From the NCBI GenBank assembly GCA_964541395.1, contig CAZIPM010000002.1:41309-105308 (forward strand): a stretch of 64,000 nucleotides of DNA. The letters are read 5' to 3'. This document shows positions 1 through 6,889 of the stretch, in pieces (within the stretch, counting starts at the first letter, position 1; each line of letters starts with the position of its first letter). Below the pieces are notes generated by a model. That model had not been told where the DNA came from. It made no database searches and saw only the letters and a list, made by a program, of their open reading frames with translations. This stretch comes from an uncultured Gammaproteobacteria bacterium. GTDB lineage: Bacteria > Patescibacteriota > Microgenomatia > UBA8517. The translations under genes were made by a program, and so were the position numbers.

Positions 1-905
1 AAATAGAAATCCTTACCTGAGGCAATAATAAACAACTTGGTGGATAAAGGTTTTAATTGGCATAACCTCTGAAGGCCAGTAATCATTTTGGTGCTGTGCT
101 CAACCTCAAAGGCGTATTTAGGAACTTCGTCTTTAAACCACAGAATATCTATTTGGGAAACAAGTTTAGCGATATCTGCCCCCATAAATCTAAGTGGTAA
201 TTCTTTCAAGGTAATATAATCATGAAGTTTTTCTCCGAATGCTTCATTAGACTTATTCGGGCTGTAGGTGTCGTATCCGAGCATTCTACCAATCTTAAGA
301 AGAAGCATTTCTGCCTCTGCGTGGGCTGTTATTTCATTCTTTTCTTCAAGGTCACTCTCTACGACAGGTTTATCTTCAGAAACACTGTAATGGCTTAAGA
401 ATGCATCTATGCTTCCAAATTTTGTAAGTATTGCTTCTACCCCCTCGTCATTAAGTGGCATAAAACCCTGAACAATAAAGCTCCTGCTGTATCCAGCCAA
501 ATCTGTAAGTTCGGTTATGGGAATATACACGGGTTGTAACTCTTTAAGAAAGAAGACACAGGTCCAAGGTTCTTCACCCGTCTTAGGTGGCCATAAAGCT
601 AACGCCAAATCTTTGCTTTGTTGTTTGTAAAGAAGTTTCCCCGCATAAAGTAATTTACCTTCTCTTTCGTTTCCTTCCCGCCCTTTATAGAACAAAACAA
701 GGTCATTAATTTCCATTTTGTCCCACGATGGTTTTTTAGTTTCTTTATTTCCCCAAACAAACACCTTGTCATATGCAGCTAATGCTTTTTTACCAGCGTC
801 ATCCAAATGAGGTTCAATAATTGATTTATCTACACCATTTTCTATCGTGCTTAAAAAGTTCTTATATGATGTTTCGTTTGCCCTTGGTGCTAAAAATATT
901 TTCAT
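1..905 (-). CDS. putative modification-dependent (Type IV-like) restriction endonuclease with an N-terminal EVE/PUA-like reader domain and a C-terminal PD-(D/E)xK/Hjc-like nuclease domain; the gene's 3' end lies beyond the window start
   Basis: My own translation of the minus strand from the ATG at 905..903, which overlaps the stop of the upstream gene (ATGA): MKIFLAPRANETSYKNF.... EVE-like motifs DLVLFYKG, PWTCVFFLKELQPVYIPITEL and SFIVQGFMPLNDEGVEAIL are followed by a nuclease-like HAEAE...IDILWFKD...AFEVEHSTK. The frame stays open to position 1, so the ORF track does not list it. Confidence 0.45.
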   Translation of the reverse strand, partial: MKIFLAPRANETSYKNFLSTIENGVDKSIIEPHLDDAGKKALAAYDKVFVWGNKETKKPSWDKMEINDLVLFYKGREGNEREGKLLYAGKLLYKQQSKDLALALWPPKTGEEPWTCVFFLKELQPVYIPITELTDLAGYSRSFIVQGFMPLNDEGVEAILTKFGSIDAFLSHYSVSEDKPVVESDLEEKNEITAHAEAEMLLLKIGRMLGYDTYSPNKSNEAFGEKLHDYITLKELPLRFMGADIAKLVSQIDILWFKDEVPKYAFEVEHSTKMITGLQRLCQLKPLSTKLFIIASGKDFY

Positions 906-1885
906 TTTGTTGCCTCCATTAACAATTCATACATTTTGTCTGCAATTTCAATTTCTCCCGACTTCAGGTTTTTATCTCTTGTGTCTAATGTTTTTTCACC
1001 TGCAATTCTGATTTTGCTTCCGTCTTTTGTTTTAGAATTTCTAATTTTATTAATCATTTTTTCCATTCTGTTTTTAAACTCACCTACATCACTTAGAAGT
1101 TTAGGTGAGAAGGCTAAAAATATATTTCCCCAACCTTTGTCTTCATCAATCCCCGCATAACATGAATGAGGAAGGGTTCCAGCAAATATTTCTACCATCA
1201 TTGAAAGTCCTGCACCTTTATAAGATTTATCAAAGGGTAATGTGGCACCCTCCATAGCTTTTTCAGGGTCTGTTGTTGGATTCCCGTCTTTGTCTAATGC
1301 AACACCTTCAGGAATAGTTTTTCCCAACGCCTTGGCATTAAGAAGCTCACCAAATGTAATTGCAGTTGTCCCCATATCAAAAATTACTGGTCTAGGTTTT
1401 GCAGGAATTCCAAAGGCAATTGGATTAGTTCCAAAAAGTGGTTCTATACCACCAAATGGAGGTGTGCTTGTTGGTGACTCAGCCATCACGATGGCTATTA
1501 AATCTTCTTTGGCAATTTTTTCAAGATAATATGATAAACAACCTGATGAGGTATGTGAACCTCTGGTCCCAACAATTCCGAAATCATTTTCTTCTGCAAT
1601 TTTAATTACTTCATCACAAGCTAAGGAACCAACTAACATTCCTGGATTTCCATTTCCTTCAATCATTGAGGATAATTTTGTTATCTTTGTAATTTCAGCT
1701 TTTCCTGTTGGGTTTTGAGAAATGATGCTACCTCCAACAAGTAACCTAACTAAACCATGAGATACCCTACCAGACATTTCTCCAAACATTACTAAATCAG
1801 CCATTCTTGATGAATACTCTTCGTCATATTTTTTACTCATGGCTTTCATTACCAAATCTTTAAGTTCGTCAATTTTTATTTTCAT
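902..1885 (-). CDS. Ldh_2 family (malate/L-lactate/L-sulfolactate-type) NAD(P)-dependent dehydrogenase
   Basis: 327 aa; contains the GTNPIAFGIP motif typical of the Ldh_2 (COG2055) family; sits 9 nt after the hydrolase gene stop and overlaps the downstream nuclease start. Confidence 0.55.
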   Translation of the reverse strand: MKIKIDELKDLVMKAMSKKYDEEYSSRMADLVMFGEMSGRVSHGLVRLLVGGSIISQNPTGKAEITKITKLSSMIEGNGNPGMLVGSLACDEVIKIAEENDFGIVGTRGSHTSSGCLSYYLEKIAKEDLIAIVMAESPTSTPPFGGIEPLFGTNPIAFGIPAKPRPVIFDMGTTAITFGELLNAKALGKTIPEGVALDKDGNPTTDPEKAMEGATLPFDKSYKGAGLSMMVEIFAGTLPHSCYAGIDEDKGWGNIFLAFSPKLLSDVGEFKNRMEKMINKIRNSKTKDGSKIRIAGEKTLDTRDKNLKSGEIEIADKMYELLMEATK

Positions 1886-1894
1886 AGTTCTAAT

Positions 1895-2434
1895 TTAAAG
1901 AAGCTCTAATATCTCAGGCATTTTTTTGGTCCCTTCTTTTGAACCAAAATGGCCACCACCTTTAATTAAAATGTATTTTGCATTTAATCGTTTACTAGTA
2001 TCTTCGGCGGCAATAGCGGTATAGTAAGGGTCATTGTCAGAATGGATTACGGTAATATTTTTGACATGCTCCTTAATTTTTTGATGATTTATCCTTGTTT
2101 TCCAAAACAACTTATGCCCATCACATAAATCGTCATAATCCCAAGCCGAGACTAAAATCATTTGTTTATATTGAAATTTCTCAGCCAACCTCATAGCCAA
2201 TAAATTTCCAAGACTGTGCCCAATAATAATCGTGTCTTTGTCAATTAAATTTAGAGACTCTAAGTATTTGAGTATCTTACTCATATCTGGAACGTCTTTT
2301 CGCATCTCTGGGATATCGGGAAAATATGTGGTATAGCCTTTTTTCTCTAGCTCCTTTTTGAGCCAGGGATACCAATTGTCAGTGACTTTTGAATACCAGC
2401 TTTGGAGAAACAATACTTTTGATTTTTTATTCAT
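1895..2434 (-). CDS. alpha/beta serine hydrolase (YdeN/RBBP9-like, Ser_hydrolase family)
   Basis: 179 aa; nucleophile elbow IIIGHSLGN, plus HSDNDPYY and GGGHF motifs. Confidence 0.55.
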   Translation of the reverse strand: MNKKSKVLFLQSWYSKVTDNWYPWLKKELEKKGYTTYFPDIPEMRKDVPDMSKILKYLESLNLIDKDTIIIGHSLGNLLAMRLAEKFQYKQMILVSAWDYDDLCDGHKLFWKTRINHQKIKEHVKNITVIHSDNDPYYTAIAAEDTSKRLNAKYILIKGGGHFGSKEGTKKMPEILELL

Positions 2435-2516
2435 TTTCTTTATATAAATATCAATTACAACTGTATTTTACCTCATTTCTTGGATAAAAGTTAATTATAG
2501 AAGGCGGGCACAGCGA

Positions 2517-2543
2517 TTGACTTTTACTAAATTGTGCTATAAT
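2517..2543 (+). promoter_or_regulatory. sigma70-type promoter with extended -10 (TTGACT, 15-nt spacer, TGcTATAAT) reading into the HTH gene
   Basis: Seen at 2517-2522 and 2535-2543; lies in a divergent intergenic region. Confidence 0.4.
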
Positions 2544-2554
2544 AAAGCTGTTAG

Positions 2555-2614
2555 TGTAGATACTTCAGTATAGATATCCAGATAGATATGATACCTCGTT
2601 GAGACTTGCGTCTC
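2555..2614. repeat. three helically phased (T)AGATA(T) motifs (tagatac / tagatatc / gatagatatga) followed by the hairpin gagacTTGCgtctc; the GATAGATATGAnACCTC copy recurs at 3110-3127
   Basis: Direct reading; the two ~19-bp copies flank the HTH gene. Confidence 0.4.
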
Positions 2615-2615
2615 G

Positions 2616-3047
2616 TTGCGTTATTTAATAATTATGGCTAAATATAATCCAGAAACAGTTAAACAAGTAATTTCTTTCATTGAAGATGGGCTTTCCCAAA
2701 AAGACGCTTGCCGCCTAACTAAGATTGGCGAATCTACTTTTTACGATTGGTTAAAACAAAAACCGGAGTTTTCGGAGTCGGTTGAGCTTGCAATTACTAA
2801 GTATAAGATGAAACTGCTTTCGTATGTTAATTCTCAATCTATTAGCGATGGAAAATTAGCTCTGGAAGTTTTAGCCAGAAGGTGGCCTATTGAATTTGGC
2901 AGAAAGGATATTGCTCCCATTCCTAAAGAAGAGCCTATTGCAAGTATTTTGGATAAAGACACTATTCAGGCATTAGCTGATGTTTATGACGAAATGAAAG
3001 AAATAGCAAAAATGAAGATAAATCAAAACAAATCAGATAAAGTTTAA
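2616..3047 (+). CDS. HTH DNA-binding protein, phage terminase-small-subunit-like; possible excisionase/regulator for the adjacent recombinase
   Basis: 143 aa; HTH segment SQKDACRLTKIGESTFYDWLKQKPEF, with the (S/T)TFY(R/D)WL motif typical of small terminase-like proteins. Confidence 0.5.
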   Translation: MRYLIIMAKYNPETVKQVISFIEDGLSQKDACRLTKIGESTFYDWLKQKPEFSESVELAITKYKMKLLSYVNSQSISDGKLALEVLARRWPIEFGRKDIAPIPKEEPIASILDKDTIQALADVYDEMKEIAKMKINQNKSDKV

Positions 3048-3119
3048 CATTTGATTTTGATTGTTTAGTAAAACAATACGAAGCCTTCGGGCGGTGGCAG
3101 TAGAATGCCGGATAGATAT

Positions 3120-3165
3120 GAGACCTCAGACTCGCATAGGTGCGAAGAAGGGGTCTCTTTTTTTT
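3120..3165 (+). terminator. rho-independent terminator (GAGACC...GGTCTC stem followed by T8)
   Basis: Stem gagacc at 3120-3125 pairs with ggtctc at 3152-3157; T-run at 3158-3165; lies downstream of the HTH gene. Confidence 0.5.
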
Positions 3166-3170
3166 GAAAT

Positions 3171-3226
3171 CAGGGGGATAGAGAAAACTCTTGGTCGGGT
3201 TATCCCCCTGAACCAAGAGTTTTTTG
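3171..3226 (+). promoter_or_regulatory. interleaved (pseudoknot-like or mutually exclusive) stems ending in a second hairpin plus T-run
   Basis: Stem cagggggata (3171-3180) with tatccccctg (3201-3210); stem aaaactcttggt (3184-3195) with accaagagtttt (3212-3223); then TT. Confidence 0.35.
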
Positions 3227-3232
3227 TTGACT

Positions 3233-3409
3233 ATGAAACTAAGTAATCAGGCAATTACAGATTTTAAGGAGGCTTACCAAAAGTATTTTGGGGTAGTTTT
3301 GTCCGATGAAGAAGTTAATGAAAAAGGCATGAAACTTATGAATTTGATGAAACTTATTTACAAACCTATACCTGAAGAGGAATTTAAAAACTTAAACTAT
3401 GGACATTAA
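3233..3409 (+). CDS. hypothetical small protein (58 aa)
   Basis: The ATG at 3233 sits inside ORF-track entry 3224-3409; reads MKLSNQAITDFKEAYQKYF...; plausible amino-acid composition; position and size fit a phage small ORF. Confidence 0.3.
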   Translation: MKLSNQAITDFKEAYQKYFGVVLSDEEVNEKGMKLMNLMKLIYKPIPEEEFKNLNYGH

Positions 3410-3689
3410 CGACTTTGAAATCATTATCAAAAAGTACCACCAGAAGAAGAACTGCGTCATTATTAATTTATTGATATTAAGAATCATAGAAATAAGAGGT
3501 TTTACTGTCAGGTATACGCCGACTAAACATTCTTCTGGAAATTCTGTTTGGATAGCTAATCCCCCAGGTCTCAGGGGGCGTGGTGGACATTGGTTTTGGA
3601 TTGCCAGGATTTTGGACTCAGCCTTGTGGCAGAAACTAGAAGAAAGAATGATAAAGAAAGCAAGGGACTATGCAAATTCACTATCGTAA
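3399..3689 (+). CDS. hypothetical protein (96 aa), uncertain
   Basis: The ORF-track ATG overlaps the previous stop; odd composition (GRGGHWFWIA); could be non-coding. Confidence 0.2.
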   Translation: MDINDFEIIIKKYHQKKNCVIINLLILRIIEIRGFTVRYTPTKHSSGNSVWIANPPGLRGRGGHWFWIARILDSALWQKLEERMIKKARDYANSLS

Positions 3690-3781
3690 CAATATAGTAA
3701 CAGTCTAGTAAGGTAACAATGAAGTTGTGGTAACAATACCGTGTAGTAATAATACAGTATGGTAATAATACCGTAATAAGG
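3685..3781. repeat. iteron-like array of six GTAAYAAT(A) motifs, three of them forming perfect 16-bp tandem units
   Basis: cgtaacaat 3685, ggtaacaat 3712, ggtaacaat 3729, agtaataat 3745, ggtaataat 3761, cgtaataag 3773; lies upstream of the recombinase gene. Confidence 0.5.
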
Positions 3782-3821
3782 CAGTATTGAAGTTATTATG
3801 AGAAAGGATGATAATTAAGTT

Positions 3822-3903
3822 GTACTCACATTTAGCTTTCGGGCTTTTTAATGCCCTCATTGGACATATCCCGAAAGGATGTGAGTACACCAGTGAGGGC
3901 ATT
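3822..3903 (+). promoter_or_regulatory. nested and alternative inverted repeats overlapping the recombinase ribosome-binding site
   Basis: A gtactcacat (3822-3831) pairs with atgtgagtac (3879-3888); B ctttcggg (3836-3843) pairs with cccgaaag (3870-3877); C aatgccctca (3850-3859) pairs with tgagggcatt (3894-3903); C' contains the GAGG Shine-Dalgarno (SD) 12 nt before the ATG at 3910. Confidence 0.45.
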
Positions 3904-3909
3904 TAAGTT

Positions 3910-5664
3910 ATGTCATATTTTAATAAAGATTTTGCAGACCAATTAAAGGAAAGAAAGTTTTTTGTGTATCTTCGCCGGTCATCGGAAGATAGCGAGGACA
4001 GGCAGATTGCGAGCATTCCTAGACAGCTACACGAGGTTGAGGAAGAGATTATCAACCGGTACGGCCTTAATGTAATAAAACCTTTCTATGAAGAAAGTCG
4101 GAGTGCTTTTAAGGAAGGCAGGCCAGACTTCAACGATATCCTTCAAAAAGCAAAAGCTGGTGAAGGAGATGGGGTTATAACTTGGCATGCAAACCGTTTA
4201 GCCAGGAATTATGGCGATGGTGGTAAATTTGTCCAAACTTTAAGTGATGGGGATATAAAAATTGTGCTTACATGTTCTGGCCATTTTGAAAACACGCCCA
4301 GAGATTTGGAATATCTAATGACCGAATTTACAAGAGCAGCAAGGGATAGCGGTGATAAAAGTGAGGCTGTAAAAAGCGGAAATAGAGAAAAGTTTTTTGA
4401 AGAAAAGTGGTGGCTTGGACCTGCAAAGCCAGGCTACTTAAATGTTACTGACCCAATTACAAAAGAAAAATATATTAAGAAGGATGCGGAAAGATTTCCT
4501 ATTATCAAGAAGGCAATAAAACTAATTCTTGAAGGTTTTCATACCCCCATGCAGGCCTTGTATAAGTTAAATAACAAATTCGGTTATAGAAGCAGAAGAA
4601 CAGTAAGACAGGGTGGAAAGCTAATGGCAAAAAGCGGTTGGTATAGATTGCTTTCCGACCCATATTATTACGGATTAATGGTCAGAAAAGAAGGTGAGGT
4701 AATGGGCAAACACGAACCCATGCTTCTTGAGGAAGAATTTAAGAAATTACAAATAATTTTAGGCAGTAAAGGAAAAAGCCATTACACTAAACATGAATTT
4801 CCATTTAAGCCGGTACTAAAATGTACCTGCGGGGGTGCAGTAACAGCCGAAGAAAAATGGCAGATTATTTGTCTAAATTGCAAAACAAAATTCCACAAGG
4901 CCAAGGGCAGAGACACCTGTCCCGAGTGTAAAATCCTAATAGAAGAAATGAAAAGTCCCAAGATACTTCATTATGTTTATTTACGCTGTGCCAAAAAGGT
5001 AAACCCTGAATGTACCGAAAAGGCAGTTGAAATCAAAGAGTTTGAGAAACAAATAGATGAAGAGCTTTCAAAGTACGAGATTCCAGAACTATTCAAAGAA
5101 TGGGCCATTAAACACCTTAATGAAGTCAATGATGCTGAAACCCAGGACAGAGAAACAATCAGGCTTAACTTAGAGAATGGAAAAACAGATAAAATAAAAG
5201 AACTTGATAATCTTGTAAAACTCAAGATTTCTCCACAAAACTCAGACGGTTCAGTTTTATCAGATTCAGAATACGATACTCAAAGAAAAACAATCTTAGT
5301 TGAACTGGAGAGTTTTGACAGACAATTGAAGGGGGTTGATAAGGAAAGGAATAAATACCATGAGCTTTCTATTAAAACCTTTAATTTTGCCTGTTATGCA
5401 CGCCATTGGTTCGCAAATGGCAGCGTTCAGGACAAGACAGAGATATTAGGCACACTAGGTTCTAACCTAATCCTGAAAGACAAAAAGCTCCTTATTCAAG
5501 GGCAAAACCCGTTCTTCTTAATAGAGAAAGGCAAGAAGGAAGCATTGGAAGTTGCTCAAAAGTTTGAACCTTCAATAAATGCCATAACTTGGGGCAATAT
5601 CTTCGCTCTGGAACCTGTCCGTTCTTCTTGGCTGGGAGACAGGGATTTGAACCCCGATAAATAG
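3910..5664 (+). CDS. large serine recombinase (resolvase-type catalytic domain, recombinase domain and zinc-ribbon domain)
   Basis: 584 aa; N-terminal VYLRRSSEDSEDRQIASIPRQ places the catalytic Ser in the RSS context; Cys-rich zinc ribbon CTCGG...CLNCK...CPECK; long coiled-coil C-terminal region typical of large serine integrases. Confidence 0.85.
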   Translation: MSYFNKDFADQLKERKFFVYLRRSSEDSEDRQIASIPRQLHEVEEEIINRYGLNVIKPFYEESRSAFKEGRPDFNDILQKAKAGEGDGVITWHANRLARNYGDGGKFVQTLSDGDIKIVLTCSGHFENTPRDLEYLMTEFTRAARDSGDKSEAVKSGNREKFFEEKWWLGPAKPGYLNVTDPITKEKYIKKDAERFPIIKKAIKLILEGFHTPMQALYKLNNKFGYRSRRTVRQGGKLMAKSGWYRLLSDPYYYGLMVRKEGEVMGKHEPMLLEEEFKKLQIILGSKGKSHYTKHEFPFKPVLKCTCGGAVTAEEKWQIICLNCKTKFHKAKGRDTCPECKILIEEMKSPKILHYVYLRCAKKVNPECTEKAVEIKEFEKQIDEELSKYEIPELFKEWAIKHLNEVNDAETQDRETIRLNLENGKTDKIKELDNLVKLKISPQNSDGSVLSDSEYDTQRKTILVELESFDRQLKGVDKERNKYHELSIKTFNFACYARHWFANGSVQDKTEILGTLGSNLILKDKKLLIQGQNPFFLIEKGKKEALEVAQKFEPSINAITWGNIFALEPVRSSWLGDRDLNPDK

Positions 5665-5702
5665 ATCCAGAATCTATTGTCCTGCCGTTAGACGATCTCC
5701 CA
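5629..5702 (-). tRNA. tRNA-Gln (anticodon CUG), CCA encoded
   Basis: Manual fold of minus strand TGGGAGA-TC-GTCT-AACGGCA-GGAC-A-ATAGA-TTCTGGA-TCTAT-TTAT-CGGGG-TTCAAAT-CCCTG-TCTCCCA-G-CCA; 7-bp acceptor stem, TTCAAAT T-loop, anticodon loop TT-CTG-GA. Confidence 0.8.
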
Positions 5703-5811
5703 TTGAAAGTTGAGCTTCAATTATATCAAATTATGTAAGAATTATTACTGCAATAGACCTAACTCTCCTATATATTAATTAATACATTTCTAAAAAAGGA
5801 GGTGATTGTGA

Positions 5812-6012
5812 ATGCAAAATAAACAAGGAGCAGTAGATCATTTAAAAAATCATCAAAAATACCCGGCAACGAGCGATCAACTTTTGGCTGAGTGTGATAA
5901 TTTATCAGATTTTTCTAATGAAGATAAAGGTTGGTTTAAGAGTAAATTACCTATGGGAAAAACATTTAATTCTGCTGAGGAAGTAATGATGGCTTTGGGG
6001 TTAACAGAATAA
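5812..6012 (+). CDS. DUF2795 domain protein
   Basis: 66 aa; KYPATSDQLLAECDNLSDF...KLPMGKTFNSAEEVMMALG matches my memory of the DUF2795 consensus; strong RBS AAAGGAGGTGA upstream. Confidence 0.5.
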   Translation: MQNKQGAVDHLKNHQKYPATSDQLLAECDNLSDFSNEDKGWFKSKLPMGKTFNSAEEVMMALGLTE

Positions 6013-6015
6013 TAA

Positions 6016-6621
6016 ATGTTTAAATTACCCGATCTGAAATATAAATATAATGCTTTAGAGCCCTATATTGATGAGGTTACTATGAAGGTTCATCATGACC
6101 TGCATCATAAGGCTTATATAGATAAGCTAAATGTTGCTTTGGAAAAATATCCTGATTTATCAAAAAAGAGTATTGAAGAATTATTGTCGGATTTAAACTC
6201 CATTCCGGAAGATATAAAAACAGCAGTCAGAAACCATGGTGGAGGACATTACAACCATTCGTTTTTCTGGAAGATCTTATCCCCAAATTCAGGAGGAGAA
6301 CCAACCAGACAATTGGGTGATTCTATAAATAAAAGTTTCGGCAGTTTTAAAGAATTTAAAGAAAAATTTACAACCGCCGGACTTAATAGGTTTGGTAGCG
6401 GTTGGATATGGTTGACAAAAAGTGGTGGTGAATTAGTAATTGAAAGTACTCCAAATCAAGATACCCCTCTATCCGAGAGCAAACATGCAATTCTGGGACT
6501 TGATGTCTGGGAACATGCCTATTATTTAAAATTCCAAAACAGAAGAGCAGATTATATTAACTCATGGTGGAATGTTGTGGACTGGATTGAAATAGAAAAA
6601 AACTTCACCACAATTACTTGA
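6016..6621 (+). CDS. sodA: Fe/Mn superoxide dismutase
   Basis: 201 aa; the metal-ligand motifs are present: HHDLHH..Y, GGGHYNHSFFW, GSGWIWL, DVWEHAYYL. Confidence 0.9.
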   Translation: MFKLPDLKYKYNALEPYIDEVTMKVHHDLHHKAYIDKLNVALEKYPDLSKKSIEELLSDLNSIPEDIKTAVRNHGGGHYNHSFFWKILSPNSGGEPTRQLGDSINKSFGSFKEFKEKFTTAGLNRFGSGWIWLTKSGGELVIESTPNQDTPLSESKHAILGLDVWEHAYYLKFQNRRADYINSWWNVVDWIEIEKNFTTIT

Positions 6622-6660
6622 CTAATATTTAAACAGCATTATAATAACCTTAATTATTGT

Positions 6661-6882
6661 ATGGCTGAGTTTGTAAAAGATGAAGAGGTTGATGAGAAAC
6701 CATCAAATCAATATTTAGACAATTTACGTTATGCAATAAGTGGTCGATGTACCCAGCCTGGTTGTTTGGTTGGCAGTAAAGCCGGCGCGATTTGTCACAA
6801 TTTTAACAATCAGTTGGCTACTGAATGCCTCGAACAAACTCAAATTAGGATGTTTAGACCAGGGTCGCTTATTTCGAAATAA
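6661..6882 (+). CDS. hypothetical protein (73 aa)
   Basis: ORF only; Cys-containing; no recognisable family. Confidence 0.25.
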   Translation: MAEFVKDEEVDEKPSNQYLDNLRYAISGRCTQPGCLVGSKAGAICHNFNNQLATECLEQTQIRMFRPGSLISK

Positions 6883-6889
6883 TTAATTT

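Larger units (their letters stand above)
2517..5702. mobile_element. putative integrative element or remnant: HTH/small-terminase-like gene, small ORFs, iterons, serine integrase, with its right end inside tRNA-Gln; the left boundary is undefined and may include the 1-2434 operon
   Basis: The gene content and the integrase-tRNA overlap are visible; no att direct repeat was found in the window. Confidence 0.45.

Noticed and set aside
3061-3246. 61-aa plus-strand ORF
   Set aside because: It spans two hairpin/T-run terminators and the interleaved stems, so it is more likely structured RNA or DNA than coding sequence.
3705-3902. 65-aa minus-strand ORF upstream of the recombinase
   Set aside because: It lies entirely within the iteron array and the inverted repeats. 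The reading frame is a repeat artefact (YYYHTVLLLHGIVTT).
4977-5225. 82-aa antisense ORF inside the recombinase gene
   Set aside because: It is wholly antisense to a well-supported CDS, with Ser/Leu-rich composition.
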